This document shows, in pieces, positions 1 through 9,211 of a DNA stretch of 53,115 nt; the first letter of the stretch is position 1; each line of letters begins with the position of its first letter. The notes beneath the pieces are model-generated. The model was not told the origin of the DNA. It worked only from the letters and a program-made list of their open reading frames with translations, and made no database searches. The stretch lies in contig JAZLCV010000050.1 in NCBI GenBank assembly GCA_045614365.1, forward strand, positions 1 to 53,115, in the 5' to 3' direction. The DNA comes from Eubacteriales bacterium (GTDB taxonomy: Bacteria; Bacillota; Clostridia; Oscillospirales; JAAYXM01). The position numbers and the translations under genes are program-made.

Positions 1-175
1 TTTCTTTTTCCGAAGACAGCTCGCATATTCTCTCATACGTCCGGTCAGATGAGCCGTCATCTACAAAAATAAACTCGCCTTCAATATTGTTTTCGGAAAG
101 TACGGAATGTATTTCGGAATATGCTTTCCTGATGCATTTTTCTTCATTGTATGCAGGAATAATCACAGATAGCAC
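1..175 (-). CDS. Glycosyltransferase family 2, N-terminal fragment (GtrB/DPM1-like polyprenyl-phosphate glycosyltransferase type); runs off the left edge
   Basis: Not in the ORF track. Reverse translation from GTG (173-175) gives MLSVIIPAYNEEKCIRKAYSEIHSVLSENNIEGEFIFVDDGSSDRTYERICELSSEKE. This is a canonical GT-A N-terminus (IIPAYNEE ... VDDGSSD). A GAGGTG SD lies at 181-186, 5 nt upstream of the start. Confidence 0.6.
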   Translation of the reverse strand, partial: MLSVIIPAYNEEKCIRKAYSEIHSVLSENNIEGEFIFVDDGSSDRTYERICELSSEKE

Positions 176-187
176 AAAATCACCTCG

Positions 188-1552
188 CTATTTTTCAAAT
201 AAAGTTTCAAATTTAGCAACCGGCATCGGACGCGAAAAATAATATCCCTGAAGCATATCACAACCGGCTTCAACGGCTGTCTTCCTATGCTCCTCGGTTT
301 CTATTCCTTCGCATAGTGCTTTACATCCCAGATCATGCGCGGTACGTATGATATTTTTCAGAATTAAAAATCCATTGGGGCTTGTTGCATTCTGCGTTAT
401 TGCCTTGTCAATTTTAACAATGCTGATATCAAAGTCCGACAAATCTCCAAAGCCGGTGTATCCCTTGCCGAAATCATCCAGAAGAATCAGAACACCTTTT
501 TCCTTCAGGCAAGCTAAATTCTTCACCATCATACTTTTTTCTTCATTATTAAGACTTTTATCCTCAAGGATTTCAACCGCAATGCACGAAGAATCGATGC
601 CGTATTTCTCAATGATTTTTATTATATTATCTGCAAATTGTTCATCACAAAGAGTGCTTCTTGAAAAGTTGATTGTATATACATATTTTGCGCGGCTTTC
701 TTTATCGCTGGATATCCATTTGCAATTTTTCTCAAAGATGTAATAATCGAATTTTCCATTCAGCCCTACGTTGCTTACTGCCGAAAGAAAAAAGTATGGT
801 GTAAGCACACCCTCGGTTGGAGAATTCAGACGCGACAGGACCTCCGCGCCTATAAGCTTATTGGTTCCTGCATCCATAATCGGCTGATATTCGAGAAAAA
901 ATCTGTTATTATCAATTTCATTCCGGATGCTGTTCTCAATTTTTATTTTTCTTTCAAACTCTTTTCCGTTTGAATTATCCCACTGACAATACAAAGTGCC
1001 TTTATCTTCAGCCATACTGCACGCCTGCTTTGCTCTTGCGAGTGCAGTCTTAAACGGTACATCGGTTGCGCTGGTGCAATGGTAACCGAAATTTGCACGT
1101 ACAACATTAACCGCACTGTGTTTTACGAAAGCTGCGTTGATTTCTTCAAAGCATCCTGCGATACACTTTTCCGTCGCTTCAGCTTCCCTGCTGCTTAGCA
1201 CAACAAAATTATCTTTACCGTAAATCGAAATTTCTCCGTCAGCAGCAATGCAGAAATGTTCAAATAAAATCCTTTTGATCTGCTCGTACATTCTTCCTGC
1301 TTTTGATTCGGAATACAGCCTCTTCACATTATCGAGTGATATTGAAATATATATAACACAACGATTTTTACGGTCACTTCCCGCTTTCTCAAAATCGCTT
1401 TCTATTTTACCTATACCGCAAAAGCTTTTTTCTGCCGTTCCCTTTGCCGTTTTTACGGATTTAACCGTAAAAAACAGACCTATCAGTCCCATCAGGAAAA
1501 AGATCATCACGAGAATAGTTATGATCACATATGGGTATTCAAAAATATGCAT
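188..1552 (-). CDS. Membrane-anchored c-di-GMP phosphodiesterase (TM, degenerate GGDEF, EAL)
   Basis: 454 aa with an N-terminal hydrophobic helix (VIITILVMIFFLMGLIGLFF). The full EAL signature set is present: YQPI..GAEVLSR (EVL variant), INFS, AVEILED, LDDFGKGYTG, VKIDK, CEGIETEE, LQGYYFSRP. Residues about 60-190 look GGDEF-like, but the motif is GKDNF. An AGGAG SD lies 9 nt before ATG 1552. Confidence 0.85.
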   Translation of the reverse strand: MHIFEYPYVIITILVMIFFLMGLIGLFFTVKSVKTAKGTAEKSFCGIGKIESDFEKAGSDRKNRCVIYISISLDNVKRLYSESKAGRMYEQIKRILFEHFCIAADGEISIYGKDNFVVLSSREAEATEKCIAGCFEEINAAFVKHSAVNVVRANFGYHCTSATDVPFKTALARAKQACSMAEDKGTLYCQWDNSNGKEFERKIKIENSIRNEIDNNRFFLEYQPIMDAGTNKLIGAEVLSRLNSPTEGVLTPYFFLSAVSNVGLNGKFDYYIFEKNCKWISSDKESRAKYVYTINFSRSTLCDEQFADNIIKIIEKYGIDSSCIAVEILEDKSLNNEEKSMMVKNLACLKEKGVLILLDDFGKGYTGFGDLSDFDISIVKIDKAITQNATSPNGFLILKNIIRTAHDLGCKALCEGIETEEHRKTAVEAGCDMLQGYYFSRPMPVAKFETLFEK

Positions 1553-1571
1553 TTTCTAAAACTCCTGTTGC

Positions 1572-2651
1572 CTATTTTTCAAAAATCGGAAATTCCCTTG
1601 TTCCGGCGGTCCGGCGAAGCCCTCTTTCCTTTGCAACCCGCATACATTTTTCAATATCTCTGCGTGCCGTTTTCTTTCGCCGTATGATTTCCTTTGCCAC
1701 AAAGAAAGGATTAAAAGTAAGCATTGCGCGAAAAACATCAGCCTTTGAAGCTCCGCATCTTTTATGCTCTGCCAGAATCTCAAAAAGGGCGTAGTTTATC
1801 GCATTCTTACCAAATTTTTTACCTGCCGCATTTTTAAGCCATCCGGCATAATTTATGAATTTATTTATATCCGCCTGCTCCTTAAAATAGATGCCTCTTA
1901 TATAAAATGCCTGCATCTCTTCATCCATCTTTTCACCAAGCTGTGACTCATAATATTTTTCCTGTATTCTGAGCACCTCTGTGTTCTGTCTATCACGCGT
2001 TGTGCTTGTAATTTGCTTATCATGAAGCCGGTATATCAGAAGACATTCGGGAAGAATTTTCATTTTCTGATTTGCCATCGCCATTCTCGTCCACAGCTCA
2101 AGGTCTTCCGTGCAGGTATGGGTCGGATCATAATTAAATTTTCTCATAACCTCAGACTTTGCAATAACGCCGGGATGCAGGATGGGATTGGCAACAAGAA
2201 GCATAGCGCGAAGTGCACCGAAATCGCACCGACCTCCGGCTCCTCCCGATGCATACACACCGTTCTTGACCGTCATAAACCGACAGGACGACAAAGAAAC
2301 GTCCGGGTTCTTCTCCATAAATTCATACTGTTTTTCAAGTCTTTCCGGAAGGCAGATATCATCTGCATCCATTCTTGCTATGTATTTGCCTTCGCACAGA
2401 GAAATTGCCTTATTAAGAGAAGACGGAAGCTTGAGATTCACCTCATTCGGATGGACCTTTATCCTGTCATCCTTTGCCGCTAAACCGGCAAGGATATCAC
2501 CTGTCGAATCGGTCGAGCAATCGTTTATAACAATAAGCTCCCAATTTTTGAAGGTCTGATTCCTTACGCTTTCTATTGCTTCCGCAAGATACTCTTCACC
2601 GTTATAAACACTCATAATTACTGATATATCCGGTTTCATAATCTGCGTCAC
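1572..2651 (-). CDS. Glycosyltransferase family 2
   Basis: Motifs: ISVIMSVYNGEEYL, VINDCSTDST, MDADD (DXD). The start is either GTG 2651 (GTGA overlap with the upstream stop) or ATG 2639. Confidence 0.85.
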   Translation of the reverse strand: MTQIMKPDISVIMSVYNGEEYLAEAIESVRNQTFKNWELIVINDCSTDSTGDILAGLAAKDDRIKVHPNEVNLKLPSSLNKAISLCEGKYIARMDADDICLPERLEKQYEFMEKNPDVSLSSCRFMTVKNGVYASGGAGGRCDFGALRAMLLVANPILHPGVIAKSEVMRKFNYDPTHTCTEDLELWTRMAMANQKMKILPECLLIYRLHDKQITSTTRDRQNTEVLRIQEKYYESQLGEKMDEEMQAFYIRGIYFKEQADINKFINYAGWLKNAAGKKFGKNAINYALFEILAEHKRCGASKADVFRAMLTFNPFFVAKEIIRRKKTARRDIEKCMRVAKERGLRRTAGTREFPIFEK

Positions 2652-3676
2652 CCTTTCCTGAGAACAGTTTTAATAATTTTGCACAGGTTTAGAAATCTGA
2701 ACGCCACTATGTATTGTTTTCTCTTCATAAGTGACACCGTTATCCTGCTTTTGGGCGAAATTTTTTCAAATTCTGCATTTGAAATCTTTTCACTGTGCAA
2801 AGAATTTATAATATTCGCTTTAAGCGTTTTTGCGCTTTTGAAATGATTTCCTTCGGCTGCCGCCGCAAGTATTGCAAAGCACATAAAGCACGAATACCTG
2901 CACATCTGTTCTTCAAAATCAACAACTTTCCTTATATCCGTCTTGTATATTTCATTTATGATATCTTCCACAAGATAAATCTGTCCTGCATTAAATCCCT
3001 TTGACATTGAACCTTCCCGCACAGTATACAAATACGCGGCTTTGCTGCTTATATATACGCTTTTTGCATCAAGGTAGCAAGGAACAACACAGCACAAATC
3101 TTCCCCCAGCGAGATTTTTTCATTCATATTAAGCTGATGCGGAACAATAATCTCCCGCTTTATTGCTTTGCCTGACAAATAATACGAAATATGGTTCATA
3201 TTTTTGTCCATCAGAAGTCTCGGATAAATATATTTTTCAATATCATTTTCCCCGTAGAAGCCTTCCTCAAGACCGTCGTTTGTGATGTTTACTGTTTTTC
3301 CGTTTTTCACCCATTTATACGAAAAAGATACGATTTCGCAATCCGTTTCTTTTATCCTGTTGTATGCATATTCAAGCGTGTCACGTTCAATAAGGTCATC
3401 AGAATCAAGGTTGAATATGTATTCTCCCTCTGCAATCTTTATACCGGAGCGCCTTGCAGCGGCAAGTCCGGCATTTTCTTTGTGAATAACCTTTATGCGG
3501 GAATCCTTTTTCTTGTAATCATCGCAAATCCCGGAGCAGACATCCTTTGAACCATCATCAACCAAAATAAGCTCGAAATCAGAAAAAGTCTGTCCGAGAA
3601 CACTCTCTACACAAGCGGGTAAATATTCCTCTACATTATAAACAGGCACTATTACAGAAAAAAACATATCCTTCAC
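2648..3676 (-). CDS. Glycosyltransferase family 2
   Basis: Motifs: FSVIVPVYNVEEYL, LVDDGSKD, LDSDD (DXD). The gene abuts its upstream neighbour with no gap. Confidence 0.85.
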   Translation of the reverse strand: MKDMFFSVIVPVYNVEEYLPACVESVLGQTFSDFELILVDDGSKDVCSGICDDYKKKDSRIKVIHKENAGLAAARRSGIKIAEGEYIFNLDSDDLIERDTLEYAYNRIKETDCEIVSFSYKWVKNGKTVNITNDGLEEGFYGENDIEKYIYPRLLMDKNMNHISYYLSGKAIKREIIVPHQLNMNEKISLGEDLCCVVPCYLDAKSVYISSKAAYLYTVREGSMSKGFNAGQIYLVEDIINEIYKTDIRKVVDFEEQMCRYSCFMCFAILAAAAEGNHFKSAKTLKANIINSLHSEKISNAEFEKISPKSRITVSLMKRKQYIVAFRFLNLCKIIKTVLRKG

Positions 3677-4792
3677 CTATCTGCTTTTTAATCCGACGAG
3701 CTTTTTTAGCCGGAAATACAGTCTGCTGCGCAGTCCCACAAGTATTTTTAACAGAAAATATAATCTGTATCTGATCCCGTAAGCGAATATTCTTTGCACA
3801 AAAGGTAATTTGCATATGGGATATGCCTTTAGAGCACTTACGGTAAGGCTGTGAGTGCACACTGTTTTGAGCCTCTTCCTTAACCGGCTGTACTTGATGC
3901 GGTTATCCTCTGCATACATTACCTCCTGCGAGCAGATAACCCTGCACATTGCCTGCCAGAATCTGTAGATATAAATCCTGTATTCTTCAGGCTTTGCCAT
4001 CCTGTCAAACCGTTCTTTGACCTTTTTTACAAACACAAGGCTTTTTTCAAATCTATCCTCTTTGTATCCTTTTGAAATAGACTCTCCGTTTCTACAGTAA
4101 TTGTAAAACGCATCGGCTGTTCCGGTAGCTTTTCGTATACAGGATATATAGTCTATCATAAACAGCGCATCTTCCGAAATTGTCTCTCTCTCGGACTCAA
4201 AAACAATATTGTTCTTTTTTATTATTTCGTGGCGGAACAAATTTTTCCAGATGCTCATCCCATATTTGCTGTCATCCTCATCCTCCGGCAATGCTCCGAC
4301 AATACCGAGCCCCAGCTCACGCAGTTCTTCTTCAGTCTCAAAATTAGTGTCCCCGGTAAAATATGTTTTGCGCTCACAGCCGCCGGCTTCACTGAACATA
4401 GTTCCGTCCACGGACAAAAATCCCGACATCACAAGATCTGAATTGTATTTTTCAGCTTTTTCATAAAGCGTTTTAAACATATCAGGTTCAACGAAATCGT
4501 CAGAATCAACAAATCCGATATATTCACCCGCGGCAATCTGCAGCCCTGCATTGCGCGCAAGTCCCGCGCCTTCATTCTGCTTGTGAATAACCTTTATGCG
4601 AAAATCCTCTGTTGCCATCCTATCGCACATCTGCGGAGATTCATCACGCGAGGAATCGTCCACAAGTATTATCTCAATATCGTCAAGAGTCTGGTTTTTA
4701 AGGGAATTCACGCATCTTTCAAGATACGCTTCTGCATTATATACAGGAACAATAACGCTTACCTTTGGCTGTGTCACGGTCTCACCTCGCAA
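3677..4792 (-). CDS. Glycosyltransferase family 2 with a duplicated basic amphipathic C-terminal tail
   Basis: Motifs: VSVIVPVYNAEAYL, LVDDSSRDES, VDSDD. The start is ambiguous: TTG 4792, or GTG 4777 preceded by AGGTGA. The C-terminus holds a tandem 14-aa repeat. Confidence 0.85.
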   Translation of the reverse strand: MRGETVTQPKVSVIVPVYNAEAYLERCVNSLKNQTLDDIEIILVDDSSRDESPQMCDRMATEDFRIKVIHKQNEGAGLARNAGLQIAAGEYIGFVDSDDFVEPDMFKTLYEKAEKYNSDLVMSGFLSVDGTMFSEAGGCERKTYFTGDTNFETEEELRELGLGIVGALPEDEDDSKYGMSIWKNLFRHEIIKKNNIVFESERETISEDALFMIDYISCIRKATGTADAFYNYCRNGESISKGYKEDRFEKSLVFVKKVKERFDRMAKPEEYRIYIYRFWQAMCRVICSQEVMYAEDNRIKYSRLRKRLKTVCTHSLTVSALKAYPICKLPFVQRIFAYGIRYRLYFLLKILVGLRSRLYFRLKKLVGLKSR

Positions 4793-5990
4793 CTAATTTC
4801 TCGTATTCCTTAATTAAAATATCACTGTACGCTTCAACGCTGAGAATGTTATCTTTTTCTTTTTTGCAATTTTCCCGAAGAGTTCCGTAGTACTCCCCGT
4901 TTTCAACGGTTTCCTTTATTTTTATCGCAATTGCTTCAGGAGTGGGAGTATTTACAAGCGTCCCCGTAACGCCGTCCTTTACAAGCTCTGCCATACCGCC
5001 GCTGTTCATCGTAATAACAGGAACACCCATACAATGCGCTTCAAGAATTGAAAGCGGGCAGTTTTCATAGCATACAGACGGCAAAATAAGAACTTTTGCG
5101 TTTTTCACAAGCTCCGTAAGCCTGTCACCCGTAAGAAATCCCGTAAGTTCAACATTCGGAATACCTTTCAGAACATCCTCGTCCGGGCCGTTTCCTGCGA
5201 CCTTGAAAATATATTCCGGCAAAAGGCGCGCCGTTTCTGCGATGTATCGGGTTCCTTTTTCTTCGGAAAGCCGCCCGACAAACACAATGTAGTTTTCTTC
5301 CTTCCGGTCTGATCCTTTAAAGCTTTCTTTGTTTATAAAGTTATGTACGGTTTTGGTTTTCCCTTTGTAATATTTTTTTGCCGCAAGAAGCTTTTTCTCA
5401 AGGAAATTGCTCGGACAAACAAACAAATCCACCTTTTTGTAAGTGCGCAACCATGAATAAAGCTTTGCCTCAACAACGCCCAAAACGCTTTTGACAACAG
5501 AACCGTGAATGCATTTGTTCTTGATACAGTTGATATGTGAGCCCCCAACGCACTTTTCACAAGGGCAATTTTTATCAAAGTTGTAAAGCAGGTGATTCGG
5601 GCAAATCATCTGATAGTCATGAACGGTCTGAACAAGCGGAACACCCTTTTTCTTAATTCCGTAAATTATAGATGGAGTAAGCTGAAAATTTATGTTGTTC
5701 ATATGAACTATATCCGGCTTGAAATCATCTATTACCTGCATAATTTTCTTTCTTGCCTCAAAGGAATATATTATTTTGAACGGATAGAGAAATCTTCCGA
5801 TTCCTTTCGAGTGAAAATCCATATTCTGCGTGTATTTTCCTGCAGAGTTTCCTACCGTGTTTTTCTCATCATACATTCCGAAATACTCAACATCATGTCC
5901 AATCTTCCGAAGATGTTCACCGAGGGACAGCATATAGCTTTCACTCCCCCCACGCGGGTACAGAAACTTATTTACCATCAGAATCCTCAT
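4782..5990 (-). CDS. Glycosyltransferase family 4 (GT-B)
   Basis: The N-terminus is MRILMVNKFLYPRGGSE. An E-x7-E motif (YENCPLSILEA) is followed by GVPVI. ATGA overlaps the upstream stop at 5987-5990. Confidence 0.85.
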   Translation of the reverse strand: MRILMVNKFLYPRGGSESYMLSLGEHLRKIGHDVEYFGMYDEKNTVGNSAGKYTQNMDFHSKGIGRFLYPFKIIYSFEARKKIMQVIDDFKPDIVHMNNINFQLTPSIIYGIKKKGVPLVQTVHDYQMICPNHLLYNFDKNCPCEKCVGGSHINCIKNKCIHGSVVKSVLGVVEAKLYSWLRTYKKVDLFVCPSNFLEKKLLAAKKYYKGKTKTVHNFINKESFKGSDRKEENYIVFVGRLSEEKGTRYIAETARLLPEYIFKVAGNGPDEDVLKGIPNVELTGFLTGDRLTELVKNAKVLILPSVCYENCPLSILEAHCMGVPVITMNSGGMAELVKDGVTGTLVNTPTPEAIAIKIKETVENGEYYGTLRENCKKEKDNILSVEAYSDILIKEYEKLVAR

Positions 5991-7291
5991 AACAACGAGT
6001 CACTTTCCTCTTCTCTGTTTTCTTCTGAAACATATCCAAACAACTTAAGCTCTTTGTTTCGCACATTTTCATCAAAGCTGTTTCCCATCATAAGCATTGC
6101 CAGAACGCCCGTAAGTAACGGATAGTTCATTGTATTGTCCGTTGAAGATACGATTATAAGGTATACGGTAAGCATAAACGTGATTATTGCATTTTCCACG
6201 TTACCGTGCCTTCCGAAATACCACACGCGAACCAGCGTCATCGAAACAAGCCATATAATATATCCCCAGAAGCCAAGATCAATGAAATGCTGGAGAAAAT
6301 CGTTATGAATCGAGGCAACGCCTATGTTCATAAATGTATTGAGCTGATATGTGAGAAACCCTATTCCGTTACCTGCAAAGCCCGGATCAAACTCATAAAA
6401 ATCATCTACGGCATTATAAATCCCGACACGGCCGCTCGTGTTTATTCCGGCTTTTTCCAGAAGCGCGAACGCATCTCCCTTTATAAGGGCAATATATCCT
6501 ATAAGAAGGAGAATTACGGCAACAGTAAACAGTGTAACAAGCCTGCTCGCTGTTTTTTTATTATAATGCGCAATGAATTTTAAAAGATATCCGAACATAA
6601 GCGCTATTACAATTGCGATAATTGCAATTCGTTTGAACGCCGACAGGAAACAGAAAACGCTTAAAATGAGCAAAATGAAATATACTGCATCCTTTCGTGG
6701 TTTAAAAAGCATATATATAAGATATGCACCAAGACAGAATGCAAGCTCGTGAATTTCTGCCTGAACAATAATATCTCCAGTTACATCTGCAAACGTAACT
6801 ACAAGAGTTACGAATTCCGAAAAGTAATTTCCTATGCCATTCTCTGCAATAACCGTAATAATCATAAGTATGTTGGCAATCAGAATGGCAAGAAGATTAT
6901 ACCATACACCGCGCTTGCCGAAGATATAAAGCATTGCTCCGGCTGCCAGCGCAAAGGACAGCATATTCATATATACAAATGAGCTTGAAAGTCCTCTTGA
7001 AATAACGCTGATATCCACCGTTTCCATAAACCATATAAACAGTGAAACCGCAGTGGTAACGGCAAGCGGAATACTGTAAATGCACGCCTCGCTAAAAGCC
7101 GTAAAACCTCTTGCAATATTAGGTTTGTACAAGAAAATCAGTGTTGCGGAAAAGAAGAGAACAAGGGCAAACGCGTGGCGGTATGTAACATGCAAGCCCA
7201 AATCAATGTATTCATTGAGAAAATAATACATCATCACCGCTATAACCATAAAGTAAAACGCTTTTGTTTTTTGGAGAAGCTTACCTTCCAC
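5987..7291 (-). CDS. Wzy-type polymerase / O-antigen-ligase-like polytopic membrane protein
   Basis: 434 aa, hydrophobic almost throughout with many predicted helices. It sits in a Wzx/PCP/GT context. GTG start with a GGGGGGA SD. The assignment rests on topology and context, not on a diagnostic motif. Confidence 0.6.
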   Translation of the reverse strand: MEGKLLQKTKAFYFMVIAVMMYYFLNEYIDLGLHVTYRHAFALVLFFSATLIFLYKPNIARGFTAFSEACIYSIPLAVTTAVSLFIWFMETVDISVISRGLSSSFVYMNMLSFALAAGAMLYIFGKRGVWYNLLAILIANILMIITVIAENGIGNYFSEFVTLVVTFADVTGDIIVQAEIHELAFCLGAYLIYMLFKPRKDAVYFILLILSVFCFLSAFKRIAIIAIVIALMFGYLLKFIAHYNKKTASRLVTLFTVAVILLLIGYIALIKGDAFALLEKAGINTSGRVGIYNAVDDFYEFDPGFAGNGIGFLTYQLNTFMNIGVASIHNDFLQHFIDLGFWGYIIWLVSMTLVRVWYFGRHGNVENAIITFMLTVYLIIVSSTDNTMNYPLLTGVLAMLMMGNSFDENVRNKELKLFGYVSEENREEESDSLL

Positions 7292-7324
7292 GCAACTGTC
7301 CCCCCTTTCTTCCGAAAACTATAA

Positions 7325-9190
7325 TTACAATAAGTCTTTTTCCTTCAAATCGGAAGTATAGCTTTTTTTGCTTCCGATTGCTTCGGAAAGCAGTTTTCTT
7401 GCCGTTTTATTCTCTTTGAAGGTCTCGGCAATACCGATCTTATACTCAATCACAACATCTCTGTGCTCTTCTCTTTCATCAAGACGAAGCCTGAAGAGTC
7501 TCATTATATCCTCAATCGTGATGTAATCCGATTCTTCCGTCAGCATAACAAAGCTGCCGTTGCCGTTATAAATATACTCGGTTTTTGATTTTCCGAAGGT
7601 TTCTTTTATGTAGGTTGTGAACATCTTTATAATTCCGTCGCCCACATCTCTTGAATACTCCGTGTTGATATGCACCAGATTGGATATATCAACCATGCAG
7701 TACACAACGCCGTCATCAAGAAGCTTTTTATCCTTAGCTTTTAAGTATTTATCAAGATATGCCCTGTTGCCATATCCGGTAAGATGATCTGTATAGAAAA
7801 TATAATTTATTATATCTCCCGCGCGACCTAACACAATTGCCCCTCCGCAGCAAACAACAACAAGGAAGAAAAATGCAATTGCCGTATACAAAGGCACATT
7901 AACACTTTCTCTTATAGAAGCCGAAGACAGTACCGAAATGTAGCTTGCACCCAAATACTTATTGTATTCGTCATTGGTTTCCATTGTTATACCGTAAAGT
8001 GAGGTCAGTTCCTCAAGAAGTGTGTTGATTTCACTCTCAACATTTTCTCTTATAGCGGCATATTGCGTGTTGCAAAGCTCTGTGCAGGTTTTTCCGGAAG
8101 CTTTACACTGCTCTCCGCAATTGCCGGTACAATTCGAGAAGGTATTTATAACATATGTGCAGTATGCGGAATCTATAATAGAGTGTTCACGGCTTTCTTT
8201 GTGGTCTCTCCAGCTGTAAATCAACTCATCATATGTTACGGTCTGATCACCTATGTACTCCTGCAGATTTCTTTCATGAAGATTATCAAGAATATACTCA
8301 TAAGAGATATTTGTATTTCCCGAATCTCTCATTTTTGTGACATACGCATCAATTACAGTTACAACATCCTCCACAATACTTGCATCCTTTGCATTGGAAA
8401 TGTTGTTATTGTCTATTCTTGTTGTATAATCTGAAATGAGAACTGATTTGTTTTTTGTTATCTGATACTTATAGATTTTTGAGAAAAGGGATGAAACCTT
8501 CACCTGCCTTAAATAGTTGAAATCATCGGCAAGCTCCGCAAACGACATTCCCGTCTCGGTTGATCTGTAATAATTGTTCTGCTCCATTCTTTGATACAAT
8601 GTATTGAGTGTATTCTCTATGCTTGCATCAATCAATTCCATCATCTCAATAAAATCGTAATCATTTTTATCAAGATTTTCAATAGTGTTGTTTGCGGGCG
8701 CAACATTTACATACTTTTGACTGAAGCGTTCAAAATAGACATCCAGTGTCTCATCGAGTATTGTTCTTGCAAAATCAGCGCCCTCTCCGCTTGTCGCTGC
8801 AAAAGAAACAATAAACGTGCTTGGTTCATATATATATTCTTCGCCCTCTTCAAGCTTTGCCTCTTTCTGCGCAACTTTGTCCTTATCCTCAATAGGAGTT
8901 ATATTTATTCTCGAAATAAGGCTGTCAACCGAATAGATTCCGGTAAGACCCATTTTGTCAACAACCTTCGACATTACTGCAGATGATTTTATTTCGTTTA
9001 CGTCAAGCTTATCACCCGTCGGCGCAAGACCTTTTTCCGCCTGTTCGTCATTGTAATGGATAACCTCTGACGCTATGTATGAATTCGATCTTGAAAGCTT
9101 GAAATAAACAGCATACGTAGCCACAAGACAAAAAACTATTATCAGCGGTAGAATTTTTTTTAAATATCTTAAAATCTGAAAACTTTTCAT
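7325..9190 (-). CDS. Polysaccharide co-polymerase (Wzz/PCP-like) fused to a C-terminal degenerate GGDEF domain
   Basis: 621 aa. There is a Wzz-like N-terminus (ILRYLKKILPLIIVFCLVATYAVYFKL..SYIASEVI; LDVNEIKSSAVMSKVVDKMGL). A coiled-coil-rich domain of about 400 aa follows, then a second TM (LYTAIAFFFLVVVCCGGAIVL). The cytoplasmic part shows DHLTGYGNRAYL ... VDISNLVHINTEYSRDVGDGI ... YNGNGSFVML. That is a GGDEF fold signature whose active-site motif is GNGSF. Confidence 0.7.
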   Translation of the reverse strand: MKSFQILRYLKKILPLIIVFCLVATYAVYFKLSRSNSYIASEVIHYNDEQAEKGLAPTGDKLDVNEIKSSAVMSKVVDKMGLTGIYSVDSLISRINITPIEDKDKVAQKEAKLEEGEEYIYEPSTFIVSFAATSGEGADFARTILDETLDVYFERFSQKYVNVAPANNTIENLDKNDYDFIEMMELIDASIENTLNTLYQRMEQNNYYRSTETGMSFAELADDFNYLRQVKVSSLFSKIYKYQITKNKSVLISDYTTRIDNNNISNAKDASIVEDVVTVIDAYVTKMRDSGNTNISYEYILDNLHERNLQEYIGDQTVTYDELIYSWRDHKESREHSIIDSAYCTYVINTFSNCTGNCGEQCKASGKTCTELCNTQYAAIRENVESEINTLLEELTSLYGITMETNDEYNKYLGASYISVLSSASIRESVNVPLYTAIAFFFLVVVCCGGAIVLGRAGDIINYIFYTDHLTGYGNRAYLDKYLKAKDKKLLDDGVVYCMVDISNLVHINTEYSRDVGDGIIKMFTTYIKETFGKSKTEYIYNGNGSFVMLTEESDYITIEDIMRLFRLRLDEREEHRDVVIEYKIGIAETFKENKTARKLLSEAIGSKKSYTSDLKEKDLL

Positions 9191-9211
9191 TTTTATCCTC
9201 CCTCAGATAAC

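Noticed and set aside
9154-9161. A T8 run (A8 on the coding strand) near the 5' end of the PCP-GGDEF gene, considered as a possible slipped-strand phase-variation switch. A G6 in the wzy SD (7299-7304) was considered for the same reason.
   Set aside because: Runs of this length are common in AT-rich genomes. The run encodes an ordinary KKI segment. There is no evidence of length heterogeneity from a single sequence.
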